A stretch of DNA of 64,000 nt from Eledone cirrhosa (Eukaryota): contig OZ024757.1 of assembly GCA_964016885.1 (NCBI GenBank), positions 33,728,001 through 33,792,000 of the forward strand, written 5' to 3'. The position numbers and the translations under genes are program-made. Under the pieces are notes generated by a model that was not told the origin of the DNA, did no database searches, and saw only the letters and a program-made list of their open reading frames with translations. Positions 39,669 through 53,492 of this stretch are shown in pieces. Each line of letters begins with the position of its first letter. The stretch's first letter is position 1.

Positions 39669-40015
39669 TATATAAGATATGTAGGAGGTGAGTAATATTG
39701 TAGAACAATAAAACTATGCATATATCAGAAAAGTAGCACTCAACAGTTGGTAGAACTGGAGTATATATAAAGAAGAAATTAAAAGATCGTTAAAAAAGTT
39801 CCATATATTTTATTACGCGCATTTCGAAAACAACATCATACATATGTACACTGGACACTTTCTTGTTCACAAGTGTTTTGAGGCCTCATATCATGTTACC
39901 TTATTTTATCTGATGAGAACACAATTTTTGTCCCAGGATGATATGGTTTTCGAAAAGCGCATAATAAAATATATGGAACTTTTTTAACCATCTTTTAATT
40001 TCTTCTTTTTATACT
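39669..40015. mobile_element. HH-D-like fold-back element, HHR at 39903-39970(+)
   Basis: ATTTTAT CTGATGA GAA..TTC GAAA AGCGCA TA ATAAAAT; inverted arm at ~39766-39840; a related fragment at 19235-19300. Confidence 0.75.
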
Positions 40016-40039
40016 GTATATAAGATATGTGTTTATATG

Positions 40040-40079
<40 letters not shown>

Positions 40080-40439
40080 TATATGTGTGTGTATGTGTGC
40101 GCGTATATATGTGTGTGTATGTGTGCATGAATTAGTGTGTATGTGTGTGTGTAAATAAACAAAGTACAAAAAACAGCTGTGAGAATTAGAACACAGATAT
40201 GGTGGTGGTGGTGGAATGGTGGCAGGGGTGGTGGTGGTGTTGGTGTTGGTGGTGAGGGTTTGGCATGGAAGCAGAGGTGATTTTGGTGGTGGTGATGGTG
40301 GTTGAGATGGTATTGTTGGTGGTGGAATGGTAGTGTTGGTGTTGGTGGTATGGTGGTGTTGGTGAGGGTTTGGCATGGAAGCAGAGGTGATTGTGGTGGT
40401 TGTTTTTGAGAAGTTGAGCAAGTTATGGTGGCAGAGATG

Positions 40440-41175
40440 GTAGTATAGTAGAATGTGGTGTGGTGGTGTGTGATGTAGTGTAGTGTACCATGATGTAGTG
40501 TAGTGTAGCGTGGTGTTGTCTAGTGTAGTGTAGTATTGAGTTGGGTGGTGTAGTTTGGTGTAGTGTAGTGTAGTGTGGTGTGGTTTAGTGTAGTGTAGTG
40601 TGGTGTGGTTTAGTGTAGTGTGATGTGATATAGTGTAGTGCAATGTAGTGTAGTATACTGTGATGTAGTGTAGCATGGTATAGTGTAGTGTGGTTTAGAA
40701 TTGGATAGTGTAGTGTAGCATGGTGTTGTCTAGTGTAGTGTAGTATTGAGTGGTGTGGTGTAGTGTAGCGTGGTGTGATATAGTGTAGTGTAGTGCAATG
40801 TAGTGTAGTATACTGTGGTGTTGTCTAGTGTAGTGTGGTAGGTGTAGTGTAGAGTGGTGTGTAGTGTAGTGTAGTGTAGAGTGGTGTGGTGTAGTGTAAC
40901 GTAGTGTGGTATTCAGTGGTGTGGTTTAGTGTAGTGTAATGTAATTGTTTCTACGTTAGGCACAAGGCCAGCAATTACCCAGTGCATTACTGGTACTTTA
41001 TTTTATCGACCCCCGTAAGGATGAAAAGCAAAGTTAACCTCGGCGAGATTTGAACTCAGAATGGCAAGGGCCGTAACTCTATACGTCGTGTAATGTAATT
41101 AATTGTAATTAGGTGTAGTGCGGTGGAGAGTGGTGTGGTGTAGTGTGTTTTAGTGTAGTGTAGTGTAGTGTAGGA
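40440..41175. repeat. (GTAGT/GTGGT)n pentamer repeat
   Basis: Directly visible. Confidence 0.9.
40947..41087 (-). mobile_element. SINE S1, 5'-truncated, 13-bp TSD
   Basis: GTGTAATGTAATT at 40934-40946 and 41088-41100. Confidence 0.85.
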
Positions 41176-41813
41176 TATTGTGGTGTGGTGGTGCCGTTGA
41201 TGGGTGTTGTGGTGATGATGGTGGTGGTGGCAGTAGTGGTAATGATGATGATGGTTGTGCTGGTGGCGATGGTGGTGGCTATGGTGTTGGTGTTGGTGAT
41301 AATAACAATTGTTGTTTAGCCCTAGGCCAACTTGGGTGAAACAGATCTATCTATCTATCACATTCCTATCACAACCACCCTGTCATCTTTACATCAGATA
41401 TAGTAAGTGGTCTATGTCTATCTAGGACTACACCCTCCAATGTTTCTGTCATAAATGTTTGTTTGTTTTTTTCTTTTTTCTTTTTGTAGGCCTTTATCCA
41501 CCTTATTTTATTTCTAAAAGATTCGACTGTAATTTCTAGCGACCCGAACCTTGAGGCTGCTACTTCGTTCGATTAATGATGATGGCGCCGACGGTGAGTA
41601 TTTTTATTGTTGTTATTGTTGTTGTTGTTGATATGGTTATGAAGACGATAATGGTGATGATGTTGATGACGATAACGGCAATGTAAGATATCAAACGATG
41701 GTGATGAAGGCAAAAGAAAAGAAACAGAGAAAATGAAGGAAGGACAAAAAGAATGAATGAATGAATGAGAAAGAAAGAAAAAAAAGAGAAAGAAAGAGAG
41801 AGGGAGAGCTTAC

Positions 41814-42056
41814 CTCATGTCATGTGTAAAAATAGTTGGTCGACTGTATTCGATCGGTGGAAAGGGTTTTGTTATTGCTGTTGTTGTTGTTGTTGTTGTT
41901 GATGATGATGATGACGACGATGATGTAGTTGTTACTGTTGTTGTTGTTGTCTTCTACCTTCCCGTCTTCCTTCCTTCGTTATAGTACACCAATTAATGAT
42001 AGACTCCAGTCAGTCCTTCGTCAGATCAGGCAATTTTTTTTTTCATTTACAGCAAC
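41814..42056 (-). other. Candidate UTR or non-coding exon
   Basis: Minus strand TTTCTGTGTCAATATAG| ... ATGAG|GTAAGC; no long open frame from its ATG. Confidence 0.35.
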
Positions 42057-42270
42057 CTATATTGACACAGAAATATATATATATATATAAAAGAGAGAGA
42101 GAGTAAGAGAAATATATATATAAAGAGAGAGAGAGAGTTAGATAGATAATGAGAGAAATATATCTGTATATATATGATATGCTCTTGTGCGTGTTTGTGT
42201 TTATGTATATTGACACTCAAATATATATATTATATATCATGTAACACACTCCTGTGTGCGTGTATATATG

Positions 42271-42304
<34 letters not shown>

Positions 42305-42429
42305 ATGTGTATATAGATAGATACACAAACATACACACGATTATATATACCTCAATAATCCGTTATCTCTATATTTCTGTCTCTCTTTTGCATTGTCCTT
42401 AACATTCGTCGTTGCCATATATACACTCA

Positions 42430-42505
<76 letters not shown>

Positions 42506-42657
42506 TATAAATATTAAAATATACATAAACATATATATGTAAATACCTCACTATACGTCGTCTGTTTTTCTCTCTCTATTTCACTTTCGGATACCTTTTA
42601 AAATTCCTCTCTCCGTCCCCCTCTCTCTCTTTCCCTTGTATAATCCGTCACTCTAAC

Positions 42658-42690
<33 letters not shown>

Positions 42691-42904
42691 AGTATAATTA
42701 TGTGTATGTGTTTATCTCGGATATTTAAAATTATATAGTCACAAATATAGATATATAAATATTTATACCACTATTCCACGCGTTGTCTCTGCTTCGCTCT
42801 CTCTCTCTCTCTCTCTTTCTCTCTCTTTTTCTCTTTGTATATATGTGTTCCCTCCTGTCTCTCTCTCTCTCTCTCACTCTCTCTCTCTCACTCTCTCTCT
42901 CTCA

Positions 42905-42936
<32 letters not shown>

Positions 42937-43198
42937 CTTCCCGTTTCTTTCTCTCTCTCTCTGTATATAATGTCTATCTATCTATATATATCGATCTATC
43001 GATCTATCGGTTACCTTTTTATATTGTCATCTCTCCACTGTATCCAGATTTCGTCTCCTGTAACTCTTCCTTCTTCTCTTCTCTCTCGTATGTATTATCT
43101 TCCTCCCCCTCCCTCTCTCTCTCGCTCTTCTATTATAGCGTCTTGTATATCGATCTGTTTCTTTATCTACCTATCAGTCACTGTCCTACTCTATTTCT

Positions 43199-43288
<90 letters not shown>

Positions 43289-43656
43289 GGGTGAGCAGAT
43301 AGATAGGTAGGTAGAGAGCCAAGGTGAAGAATAGAGGAATATATATTTATGTGTGTGTGTGTGTGTTCTTTATTTAGGCCAAGATTGGGTTTTGCTACTC
43401 TGGGAGTTTTCCTGTGTACTCGCAGGGTCTTTAACACACATACACACATATATATATATATATATATACACATACGTACGTACACATTTGTATAAGTGTA
43501 TGTGTATGTACGTACATATGTGTGTGTGTGTCTGTGTCTTACTGTCTGTTCTTTGTCTCTGACACTTTCAACCTCCATCTCTCTCTCTCTCTCTCTCAAC
43601 CTCCATCTCTCCATCTCTCTCTCTCAACCTCCATCTCTCCATCTCTCTCTCTCAAC

Positions 43657-43687
<31 letters not shown>

Positions 43688-43983
43688 AACCTCCATCTCT
43701 CTCTCTCTCTATATATATATATAATATATATATGTGTGTATGTGTGCGTGTGTTTATATCTTCCTCTTTCTATCGTTCTCTTTGTATCTATGTGTCTCTC
43801 CTCCTCTCTCACACACGCCGCCGCCACTCACACTTACTCACTGACACTCTCACACCCTTACACTCACATCATCATCACTCGCACTCAAGCCTCCACTCAC
43901 ACTCTCCCAACCTTTTCGTTGTCTTACCTTTTGTCCTGTCTTCACTCCTTCCACATCCCAAATACCTTACTACTACTACTACC

Positions 43984-44036
<53 letters not shown>

Positions 44037-44049
44037 AGCCACCACCACC

Positions 44050-44108
<59 letters not shown>

Positions 44109-44345
44109 AACCACTACTGCTACAACCACTACTGCTACTGCTACTACTGTATTATTATTTTTACAATCTCATTCCTTACTCTCCCTCCCTCTCCCCGCAA
44201 GCTAGTTCCTCTTTCTTTTTGTTACGTCTCTCATCTCTCTCCTGCCTTCCACTTTGTATATCTGTCTCTCTCTCTCATCTCTCTCTCATCTCCCTCTCTC
44301 CCTTCTCTCATTGTTATCTCTCTATCTATGGAGCTCTCATTCTGG

Positions 44346-44417
<72 letters not shown>

Positions 44418-44420
44418 GGG

Positions 44421-44467
44421 CTTCCTGATGATTTCTCCCAAATGAAACAGTTCTAGTCCTGTAGAAG
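44421..44467 (+). ncRNA. Type I hammerhead ribozyme (family HH-B)
   Basis: CTTC CTGATGA TTTCTCCCAAAT GAAA CAG TTCTAGTC CTG TA GAAG, in a ~70-bp insert between TA tracts. Confidence 0.75.
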
Positions 44468-44600
44468 ACATTTCTATATCAAATATATATATATGTATGT
44501 ATGTTTGTCTATCCATTTATCTGTCTATCTCCCCCCCCCCCCTCTATCCCCCCTCCCCCCCTCTCTTTCTCTCTCCCTCTCTCTCTGTCTCTCTTTCTTT

Positions 44601-44652
<52 letters not shown>

Positions 44653-44707
44653 TAATAAAAATATTAATAAGTATGGATGAGGTGTCAAATTTTCATTAAG
44701 TTTATTC

Positions 44708-44792
44708 AGGTGTGACTTATGTTTCACGATTGATCAGCTCAAGGTTTGATCTCTATGAATCGGGCCCGAATCTGGAATCACAAGCTCAACAG
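44708..44792 (-). ncRNA. Degenerate HH-L hammerhead
   Basis: Minus strand: CTGTTGA (A6>T) GC..long stem II..GT GAAA CATAAG TC; stem I is poorly paired. Confidence 0.4.
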
Positions 44793-44993
44793 GCTTCTGT
44801 TTGCTTAATGACTGAATGTATGGTGTACAGCGTTAAAAAATATTATCTGTTCTCATTTGTTTAGGGTGGTCAGTTGTTCTCTGTTTTGATTGGTTGTTTT
44901 GTGAAGAGGTGGATGTAGAAGTTGTTGAACGAAGAAAAGGATTGAGAACATGAATGCATCCTTAAACTATATAGATATATATACATCTATTAT

Positions 44994-45174
44994 GTGGATT
45001 GGCAGTATCGGTAGAGGGTCGGACGCCATGCTTTCCAGCATAGTTACGTCCCTTTACGATCTGAGTTCAAATCCCGCCGAGATTGACTTTGCCTTTCATC
45101 CTTACGGGGTCGATAAAATAAAGTACCAGTAATGCACTGGCTAATTGCTGGCCTTGTGCCTAAAGTAGAAACAA
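44994..45174 (+). mobile_element. SINE S1
   Basis: Near-identical to the reverse complement of 2045-2225. Confidence 0.9.
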
Positions 45175-45249
45175 TTATTTTTTATCTAAAGACATTTTTT
45201 TCCAATTCCATCCCGCCCGTCCCCTTAATCTATTTTATTTCTCATTCTT

Positions 45250-45285
45250 TCTTCTGATGAAAGACTAGCGTCCGAAACGTTAAGA
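45250..45285 (+). ncRNA. Minimal hammerhead (HH-H, second copy)
   Basis: TCTT CTGATGA AAGAC TAGC GTCC GAAA CG TT AAGA; the element at ~45175-45375 is homologous to 33104-33296. Confidence 0.65.
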
Positions 45286-46062
45286 CCCTCTTCTTGCTAT
45301 ATCAAGCGTTAACCTAATATATACCTTCCATATACTGTACCGATTGTGTTGTTATTTCTGTTTACCTTTTACATACATATACATACATATATATATATAT
45401 ATATATCATCATCATCATCATCACCGTTTAACATCCATTTTCATTTTCCATGCTAGCATGGGTTAGAAGAGTTGTGCTGTTGTAAAACATGTCAGATCAG
45501 AAGGCTGTGTCCTGCTCATACATAACTGTTTCTGGGTAGGTTTCTATGGCTGGATGCCCTTTCCGTACACACACATCTATATAACAACATATCTTATTAT
45601 CTGTTTTTCATGCTGGCATCATTTGGGTGGGTTGTTCTACCTTGAAATTAGACAGGAAAATGACCACATCTTGTTTATGCATTCAATTTTGGTATGTTTC
45701 TACGGCTGGATGGCCTTCCTAATGCCAATTAATTTACATGTATTGGGTGAATTTTATCACAATATCAACACTGCCACTTTACAGAGCGTACTGGGTGCAT
45801 TTTTATTGTGGCATCAGCTCTAGTTTTTACAGAATGTACTCCGGTCATTTTTATTGTTGTGCTCAACACTACTACTTTACAGAGTGTACTGGGTGCATTT
45901 TAACATAGCACCAACATTACCACTAAAAATAATTTTGACCTCGGCAGGGTGGAAGGTGGTAGTAACAGGAGAGTATGAAACAAGAAGACCCATGTAGAGA
46001 ACAGTGAATGGTGATGCAGGATACACATACATACATATAAATATATATGTGTGTGTGTGTGT

Positions 46063-46338
46063 GGAGGCACGCACGTGGTCTAAGGGTGTTCGACTTACGA
46101 TCATAACATCGAGAGTTCGATTCCTAGGTTGTGTGCTGTGTTCTTGAGAAAAATACTTCCTTTCACGTTGCTCCAGTATACTCAGCTGCAAACGAGGACC
46201 AGTTATAGCTGAGGATTTAACCCAGCGATAGACTGGCATCCTATCCAGGGGGAAGTCTTGTACTCTCAGTTGTTTCACACCATGAAACCAGGATAAGCAC
46301 CGGCCAAATGAGCCTTCTGGCTTAAGACGGACTCTAGA
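46063..46338 (+). mobile_element. tRNA-head SINE S4, full length
   Basis: TGGTCTAAGGG..GAGTTCGATTCC head; tail GAGCCTTCTGGCTTAAGACGGACTCTAGA. Confidence 0.75.
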
Positions 46339-46340
46339 TA

Positions 46341-46484
<144 letters not shown>

Positions 46485-46525
46485 CACCCTTGCAAGCAAG
46501 GAAAAGCGGACGTAAAATGATAATG

Positions 46526-46596
<71 letters not shown>

Positions 46597-47014
46597 CAGG
46601 TTTTGTATAATATGTCTACCAATTTCACTCTTGAGACTTCTATAACAGTACTTCTGTTCATAATTTTCTTGTCAAAAGTTGGTAACAGACCAGGAATTCC
46701 TATAACATATATTAATTCAGGGACATTTCAACAACCCTCTTGGTTTAGTGCAGCATTCCAGCTGACAGCTATTAATGTGGAACACATGTGGTCTCAGTTA
46801 TGTAATATAATGTCCCTGAAACTGAACTATTTTGTCACAGAATCTTTATAAAATTTTCCAAATATTGCAGAACACATACTGATATTTTACAGAAAACCCC
46901 CACCATTCTAATTGTAATAAGACATATATATATATATATATATATATACTCTTTTACCCTGTTACCTGTTCCAGCCATCTGGCTGAGGCCATGCTTTATA
47001 TTCATATATATATG

Positions 47015-47112
47015 TATTAAAATAACAGATTAAAGTTTAAGCAAAGAATCGCTGCTTTCACCCTTAACGGGATCTTCTTTGGATTTTAGTCTTCAAATTT
47101 ATTATTATTACT
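47015..47112. mobile_element. HH-F element; minus-strand HHR 47035-47077 truncated inside CUGAAGA
   Basis: Minus strand: GAAGA T CCC GTTAA GGG T GAAA GCA GCGATTCTT TGC TT AAAC, fused to the forward tail. Confidence 0.65.
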
Positions 47113-47358
47113 ATATATATATATATATATATAAATACTACCAAAATTACATTAAAGATGCCAAGTCTGAGAGTATCAGAAGCATGCACCATATGACCTG
47201 TGGAATAAGCTCAAAGATTCCAAGTAATAAATCCGAGCATTTATTAACATTAAATATATATATATAACTAGTAATGTAAACTAGTAATAACGGACTAATG
47301 TAAAATAATTAAGTCAAATATGTAAAATTTGGCTTCGTTTATTACAAATTATAGATAT

Positions 47359-47413
47359 ACTGCTATATATATTTCGGTGACAGCTATCATTAGCTGTGAC
47401 CTCTTAAGGCAGT
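47359..47413 (-). ncRNA. Hammerhead HH-I, core-mutated copy
   Basis: Minus strand: ACTGC CTTAAGA (G5>T) GGTCACAGCTA ATGA TAGCTGTCACC GAAA TATATA TA GCAGT. Confidence 0.75.
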
Positions 47414-48154
47414 CCAAATTGGTGTGGGAAAGACAGGTACATATGTTGTTGAAGTGTGTGTGTTTTACTCCGTCAATCCATCGATATGTCCAGCTCCTGG
47501 TAGTGTTGTTATTTCTCTGAGGAACTGGAATCATATGTGTTAGACAGCGTCATAGGACACTCTCACATCCCATTGGTCAGTTGTGAGAACATTCCTCAGT
47601 CAAAAGTCTATAGAAATTTTTCTGAGGCAAGACAATCTGTTGTAGTAGTTTTTGTTTAAGTACAGCTGACCTCCTCCATTGTGTTGGTAGGGGTAGTGGT
47701 GTTAAGGGGTCAGCGGGCAGGTCAGCTTTAGTATGCTGCTGCTATGTTCAGAAGAATTTGTGTGTGTAGGTTGGTATCTATCCTGCCACCATTTCACATG
47801 GTGGGGGTGCCAAACAAATAAAAAAATAAAAATATAAAAAATGCGTGTGTGTTACAACCAATATCAAAATTTGAAAGATTTGAAAAATATTAACTGAAGT
47901 GGAGAACCTGTGTGCCAGAATTGAGAAATGTAAAGAATTACAATTCTTACACTATCATCGAGTGGTGCATTTTAAGAGCAAATGAGATAAAAGTGGAGTG
48001 TAAAAGACCAGAAACCTGAGTGTCAAAATCCGGAAATGCAAAGGACTACAGTTCCTATTTTGGCATAAAGTACATATGCGTGTATGTCAACGCACATCGG
48101 TGCAAGCACACACGCGCAAACACACACGCGCAAACACAGGCTCAGGTGTATTCC

Positions 48155-48231
<77 letters not shown>

Positions 48232-48439
48232 CACATACACATACACGTAAGTATCTATGTATGTATAATTTTAAACAATAGTATCTATGTATGGACATAT
48301 GTATAAGTATGTGTTGCTATAGGAGTCGATCGAGGCAATAGGAGGGGTGGTGAGTGTGTAGGGGGTGGTTTACCTTGGGCTCGGTATGGCGGGGCTACTG
48401 TCTCTATAGCTTGAGGGAAGTTCCCATCCCAATGTGTTG

Positions 48440-49577
48440 TTATTGTCCATATAGCTTGAGGAAGGTCCCGGTCCTGAGGTGTCTACATGAACGGAAAAAG
48501 TCGGTCTTGAGGTTTATTAGGCTGCTTCCATTGCTGTGTATCTCGAGGGTCCTGCTCAGACATAGTTTGCAGATGCCAGATCCCCCTCTATCAGGTGGTA
48601 CTTTCCTGATTTTGGACCAGGCCAGAGAGTACGGGGTCCTGTCCAGCTTGAGCTACCAGATCAGTTCGGAAAGAGCTGTACTTTTCCTTTTGACCTCCCT
48701 ATTAAAGGAATGGTGATGGTTATACCATCGGTCTTTGAAGCTCATTGATGTGGCTCCTATGTAAAGTTGCTCAGAGTTGGGGGTTTTTACTCTACATCCA
48801 TATATTAAGTTCTTCCTTAGACATTCATTACTAAGGGGACATAATGTGGGGGTTCTGCAGTTGCAGGAGGTGGTCGACCCCCGAGTGCCTAATGTAGGGC
48901 TCCCATTGCGTATTATAGGCTGGTCTTCACCTGGGCCCGGTGGGGGGTCCATGGGTCTGTTTGGGTTCACAGGGTGGGTACCGGGTCCACCCTGCCTTCC
49001 CTCCACATGGCACTGCTGGGTGCTTATATTGCCAGCTTCTGGTTGTGTGTAGTTTCTAAGTCTACCCCTATTGATGCTAGCTATGTGCTGGGCTACATTG
49101 TGTGTGGTAGAATACGAGAGCTTCACAGTGTGTCTGTTGAAGATCTTGAGGTATCTATGGTCCCTCGGGAAGCATTTATCTAGTGCTCTAAAGAATGACC
49201 GGGCCAGGCTGTTCTTTAGGGCCGCTGGGATTTTTCTATGTCTATTCCTATGTGGGTGGGTTGAGCGTGCTGTGGGCTGTTGCGGAGTTGTTGGGTTGCT
49301 AGTGGTCCCTGCATTATTACTTCCCCTTTGGGCGCTATGTTTTTTGCTAGCTTCCTGGCCCGTACCTGTGGGGTGGTTGTTGCCCACGCTGGGAGTTCTA
49401 CAATGGGATGATCCTCCATCCGTCCCGCTTCGTGTCTTGCGGTTGGGGGCGTCGGGCCCGGGGTGGTTAGTATCACCCCTGAGACCGCTACTCGTACTGG
49501 GTTTCCTCCCATGGCTAGGCGTACTTGTCCTTTTCGCTAATGTGGTGGTGTTGGGTTCATGGGGTTTAGTGATTTCC
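48440..49577 (-). pseudogene. PLE linker plus GIY-YIG endonuclease, left arm
   Basis: FFRALDKCFP..KIFNRHTVKLSYS..CNCR..CPLSNECL..LIYGC..LYIGAT..FKDRWYNH..STALSELIW*..CKLCL..LINLK..CRH. Confidence 0.9.
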
Positions 49578-50859
49578 TGTCCTCCAATAAGGAGATCTTC
49601 GATAGCAACGCAGCTCTAAATAAGGTGGTGCATGGCCAAAATATATCTTGTAATCCGAGGCGCCATGATAGGGATAGCCCATCGGACCCTTGACCCACGC
49701 TATCTGAAAGGGGGGAACCCTAACAGTATAGGCAGAGTGGAAACCACTAAACCCCATGAACCCGACACCACTACATTAGCGAAAAGGATGAGTACGCCTA
49801 GCCATGGGAGGAAACCCAGTACGAGTAGCGGTCTCAGGGGTGATACTAACCACCCCGGGCCCGACGCCCCCAACTGCAAGACACGAAGCGGGATGGATGG
49901 AGGATCATCCCATTGTAGAACTCCCAGCGTGGGCAACAACCACCCCACAGGTACGGGCCGGGAAGCTAGCAAAACACATTGCGCCCAAAGGGGAAGCAAC
50001 AATGCGGGAACCACTAGCAACCCAACAACTCCGCAACAGCCCACAGCACGCTCAACCCACCCACATAGGAATAGACGTAGAAAAACCCACCCTACTCAGC
50101 GGCCCTAAAGAACAGCCTGGCCCGGTCATTCTTTAGAGCACTAGATAAATGCTTCCCGAGGGACCATAGATACCACAAGATCTTCAACAGACACACTGTG
50201 AAGCTCTCGTATTCTACCACACACAACGTAGCCCAGCACATAGCTAGCATCAATAGGGGTAGACTTAGAAACTACACACAACCAGAAGCTGGCAATATAA
50301 GCACCCAGCAGCGCCATGTGGAGGGAAGGCAGGGTGGACCCGGTACCCACCCTGTGAACCCAAACAGACCCATGGACCCCCCACCGGGCCCAGGTGAAGA
50401 CCAGCCTATAATACGCAACGGGAACCCCATATTAGGCATTTGGGGATCGACCACCTCCTGCAACTGCAGAACCCCCACATTATGCCCCCTTAGTAATGAA
50501 TGCCTAAGGAAGAACTTAATATACGGATGTAGAGTAAAAACCCCCAGCTCTGAGCAACTTTACATAGGAGCCACATCAACTAGCATCAAAGACCGATGGT
50601 ATAACCATCGCCATTCCTTTAATAGCGAGGACAAAAGGAAAAGTACGGCTCTTTCCAAACTGATCTAGAAGCTCTGGCCTGGTCCAAAATCAGGAAAGTA
50701 CCACCTGATAGAAGGAGATCTGGCATCTGCAAACTATGTCTGAGCGGGACCCTCGAGATAATCAGCGATGGAAGCAGCCTAATAAACCTCAAGACCGACT
50801 TCTTCCGTACATGTAGTCACCTCAGGACCCAGACCTTCCTCAAGCTATATGGACAATAA
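49578..50859 (+). pseudogene. PLE RT-thumb end, linker and GIY-YIG endonuclease, right arm
   Basis: Begins LSSNKEIFDSNA in the spacer; same motifs as the left arm with independent stops and indels. Confidence 0.9.
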
Positions 50860-51070
50860 CAACACATTGGGATGGGAACTTCCCTCATGCTATCGGGTCA
50901 GTAGCCCCGCCACACCGAGTCCAAGGTAAACCACCTCCTACACACTCACCACCCCTTCTCCTGCCTCGATCGACTCCTATAGCAACACATACTTATACAT
51001 ATGTCCATACATAGATACTATTGTTTAAAATTATACATACATAGATACTTACGTGTATGTGTATATATAC

Positions 51071-51130
<60 letters not shown>

Positions 51131-51289
51131 GTGTATATATATATATATGTGTGTGTGTGTATATATATATATGTGTGTGTGTGTATATATATATATGTGT
51201 GTGTGTGTATATATATATATGTGTGTGTGTGTATATATATATATATGTGTGTGTGTATATATATATATGTATGTATGTATATATATATA

Positions 51290-51336
<47 letters not shown>

Positions 51337-51345
51337 ATATATATA

Positions 51346-51416
<71 letters not shown>

Positions 51417-52142
51417 GGAATACACCTGAGCCTGTGTTTGCGCGTGTGTGCTTGCACCGATGTGCGTTGACATACACGCATATGTACTTTATGCCAAAAT
51501 AGGAACTGTAGTCCTTTGCATTTCCGGATTTTGACACTCAGGTTTCTGGTCTTTTACACTCCACTTTTATCTCATTTGCTCTTAAAATGCACCACTCGAT
51601 GATAGTGTAAGAATTGTAATTCTTTACATTTCTCAATTCTGGCACACAGGTTCTCCACTTCAGTTAATATTTTTCAAATCTTTCAAATTTTGATATTGGT
51701 TGTAACACACGCATTTTTTATATTTTTATTTTTTTATTTGTTTGGCACCCCCACCATGTGAAATGGTGGCAGGATAGATGCCAACCTACACGCACAAATT
51801 CTTCTGAACATAGCAGCAGCACACTAAAGCTGACCTGCCCGCTGACCCCCTTAACACCACTACCCCTACCAACACAATGGAGGAGGTCAGCTGTACTTAA
51901 ACAAAAACTACTACAACAGATTGTCTTGCCTCAGAAAAATTTCTATAGACTTTTGACTGAGGAATGTTCTCACAACTGACCAATGGGATGTGAGAGTGTC
52001 CTATGACGCTGTCTAACACATATGATTCCAGTTCCTCAGAGAAATAACAACACTACCAGGAGCTGGACATATCGATGGATTGACGGAGTAAAACACACAC
52101 ACTTCAACAACATATGTACCTGTCTTTCCCACACCAATTTGG

Positions 52143-52197
52143 ACTGCCTGAAGAGGTCACAGCTAATGATAGCTGTCACCGAAATATATATAGCCGT
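52143..52197 (+). ncRNA. Type I hammerhead ribozyme HH-I at the PLE 3' end
   Basis: ACTGC CTGAAGA GGTCACAGCTA ATGA TAGCTGTCACC GAAA TATATA TA GCCGT; palindromic stem III; one stem I mismatch. Confidence 0.85.
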
Positions 52198-52424
52198 ATA
52201 TCTAAAAGTTGTAATAAACGAAACCAAATTTTACATATTTGACTTAATTATTTTATATATATATATATATGTCTATCTTTGTATACAAACACATATACAG
52301 ATAGTGAAAGCATATGGCTTAGTGGTTAGAGTGCTGGTCTAATGATCATGAAATGATGGTTTCAATTCCTAGATTGTGTTGTGTATTGTGTTCTGGAGCA
52401 GGACATGTCATTTCACATTGTTTT

Positions 52425-53492
52425 CATAATGAGATTGGGTCTCCTATCACTAAAACACCCAAGTAAACTTCCTATGTGATGCAACTTCACAGAAGCCCAG
52501 CTAAACCTGCATAAGTGAGTGCTGTAATTACATGATAGGAGTGTGGCCCCTATCAATAAAGCCCCCCCCCCCAAAAAAAAAACCTATGAGATACAAGCTT
52601 GTATGAAGACAATTGAACCTTCATAGGTTTGAGCTTGATAGGACTGGGGTCCCTATTGTTAAAACACTCAAGAAGCCTCCTATCAGATGCAAACTGGTAG
52701 GTGCCCAACTAAACCTACATAGGTATGAGCTGTAACAATATTATGGAGAGAAGGCTGAGATGGTATGGACATGTGATACGCATGGAGGACGACCAATGGG
52801 GGAAGAAGTGCTAGGAAGTCCCAATGGAGGGAAGACACAGTAGAGGAAGACCACGAAAAACATGGCCGGAGGTGGTGAGAACAGACCTCAAATTGCTGAA
52901 ACTCATGGAGGAGATGACAAAGGACTGTGACAAGTGGAGAGATGCTGTGCTGAATAGGACCCGTCCAACCCTTGCAAGCAGGGAAAAGCAGACATAAAAT
53001 GATGATGATGGGGACCTTATCATTAAAACACCTAAGGAACTTCCTATGAAATGCAGCACCATAGAAGGTCTTCTAAACTTGCATAAGTGTGGGTTATAAC
53101 AACAACAACATCATAGGACTGGGACCCCGTATCATTAAAATATCCCAGAAACCTCCTATGAAATGCAACCCTGTAGGAGGCCAGCAAAACCTATATAATA
53201 TGAGCTATAACATCATTATGTGACTAAGGCACCCCCATTAGTAAAACAGCTGAGAAAATTGCTATGAAATACAACTTGGTAGGAGGTGAACTTTAACAAT
53301 ATTATGGGACTGGGACCCTTGTCGTTAAAACACCCATGAAATGCAACATTGTAGGAAGCCAGCAAAATCTATATAGGTGTGAGCTGCATCATCATTATGT
53401 GATTCAGACACCCCTATTAATAAAACAGCTGAGAAACCTGCTATGAGATACGACTTGGTAGGAGGGCAGCTAAACCTACATAGGTGTGAGCT
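52425..53492. repeat. Degenerate ~110-120-bp tandem array, interrupted by an RTE
   Basis: Recurring GGG.CCCCTATCA.TAAAACA..GAAAC.TCCTATGA.ATGCAAC..GTAGGAGG..CTAAACCTA.ATAGGT.TGAGCTG. Confidence 0.7.
52745..53010 (+). mobile_element. RTE family A 3' fragment
   Basis: Similar to 28620-28888. Confidence 0.9.

Larger units (their letters stand above)
47301..52255. mobile_element. Penelope-like element: 5'-truncated, head-to-head ~5-kb palindrome
   Basis: Arms 47301-49577 and 49739-52255 with a 161-bp spacer. Each arm has a GIY-YIG ORF remnant, a long 3' region and a terminal HHR. Confidence 0.92.

Noticed and set aside
48653-50668. Intact GIY-YIG endonuclease gene or autonomous element
   Set aside because: Both arms have stops or frameshifts and the RT core is absent; no autonomous element is present in the window.
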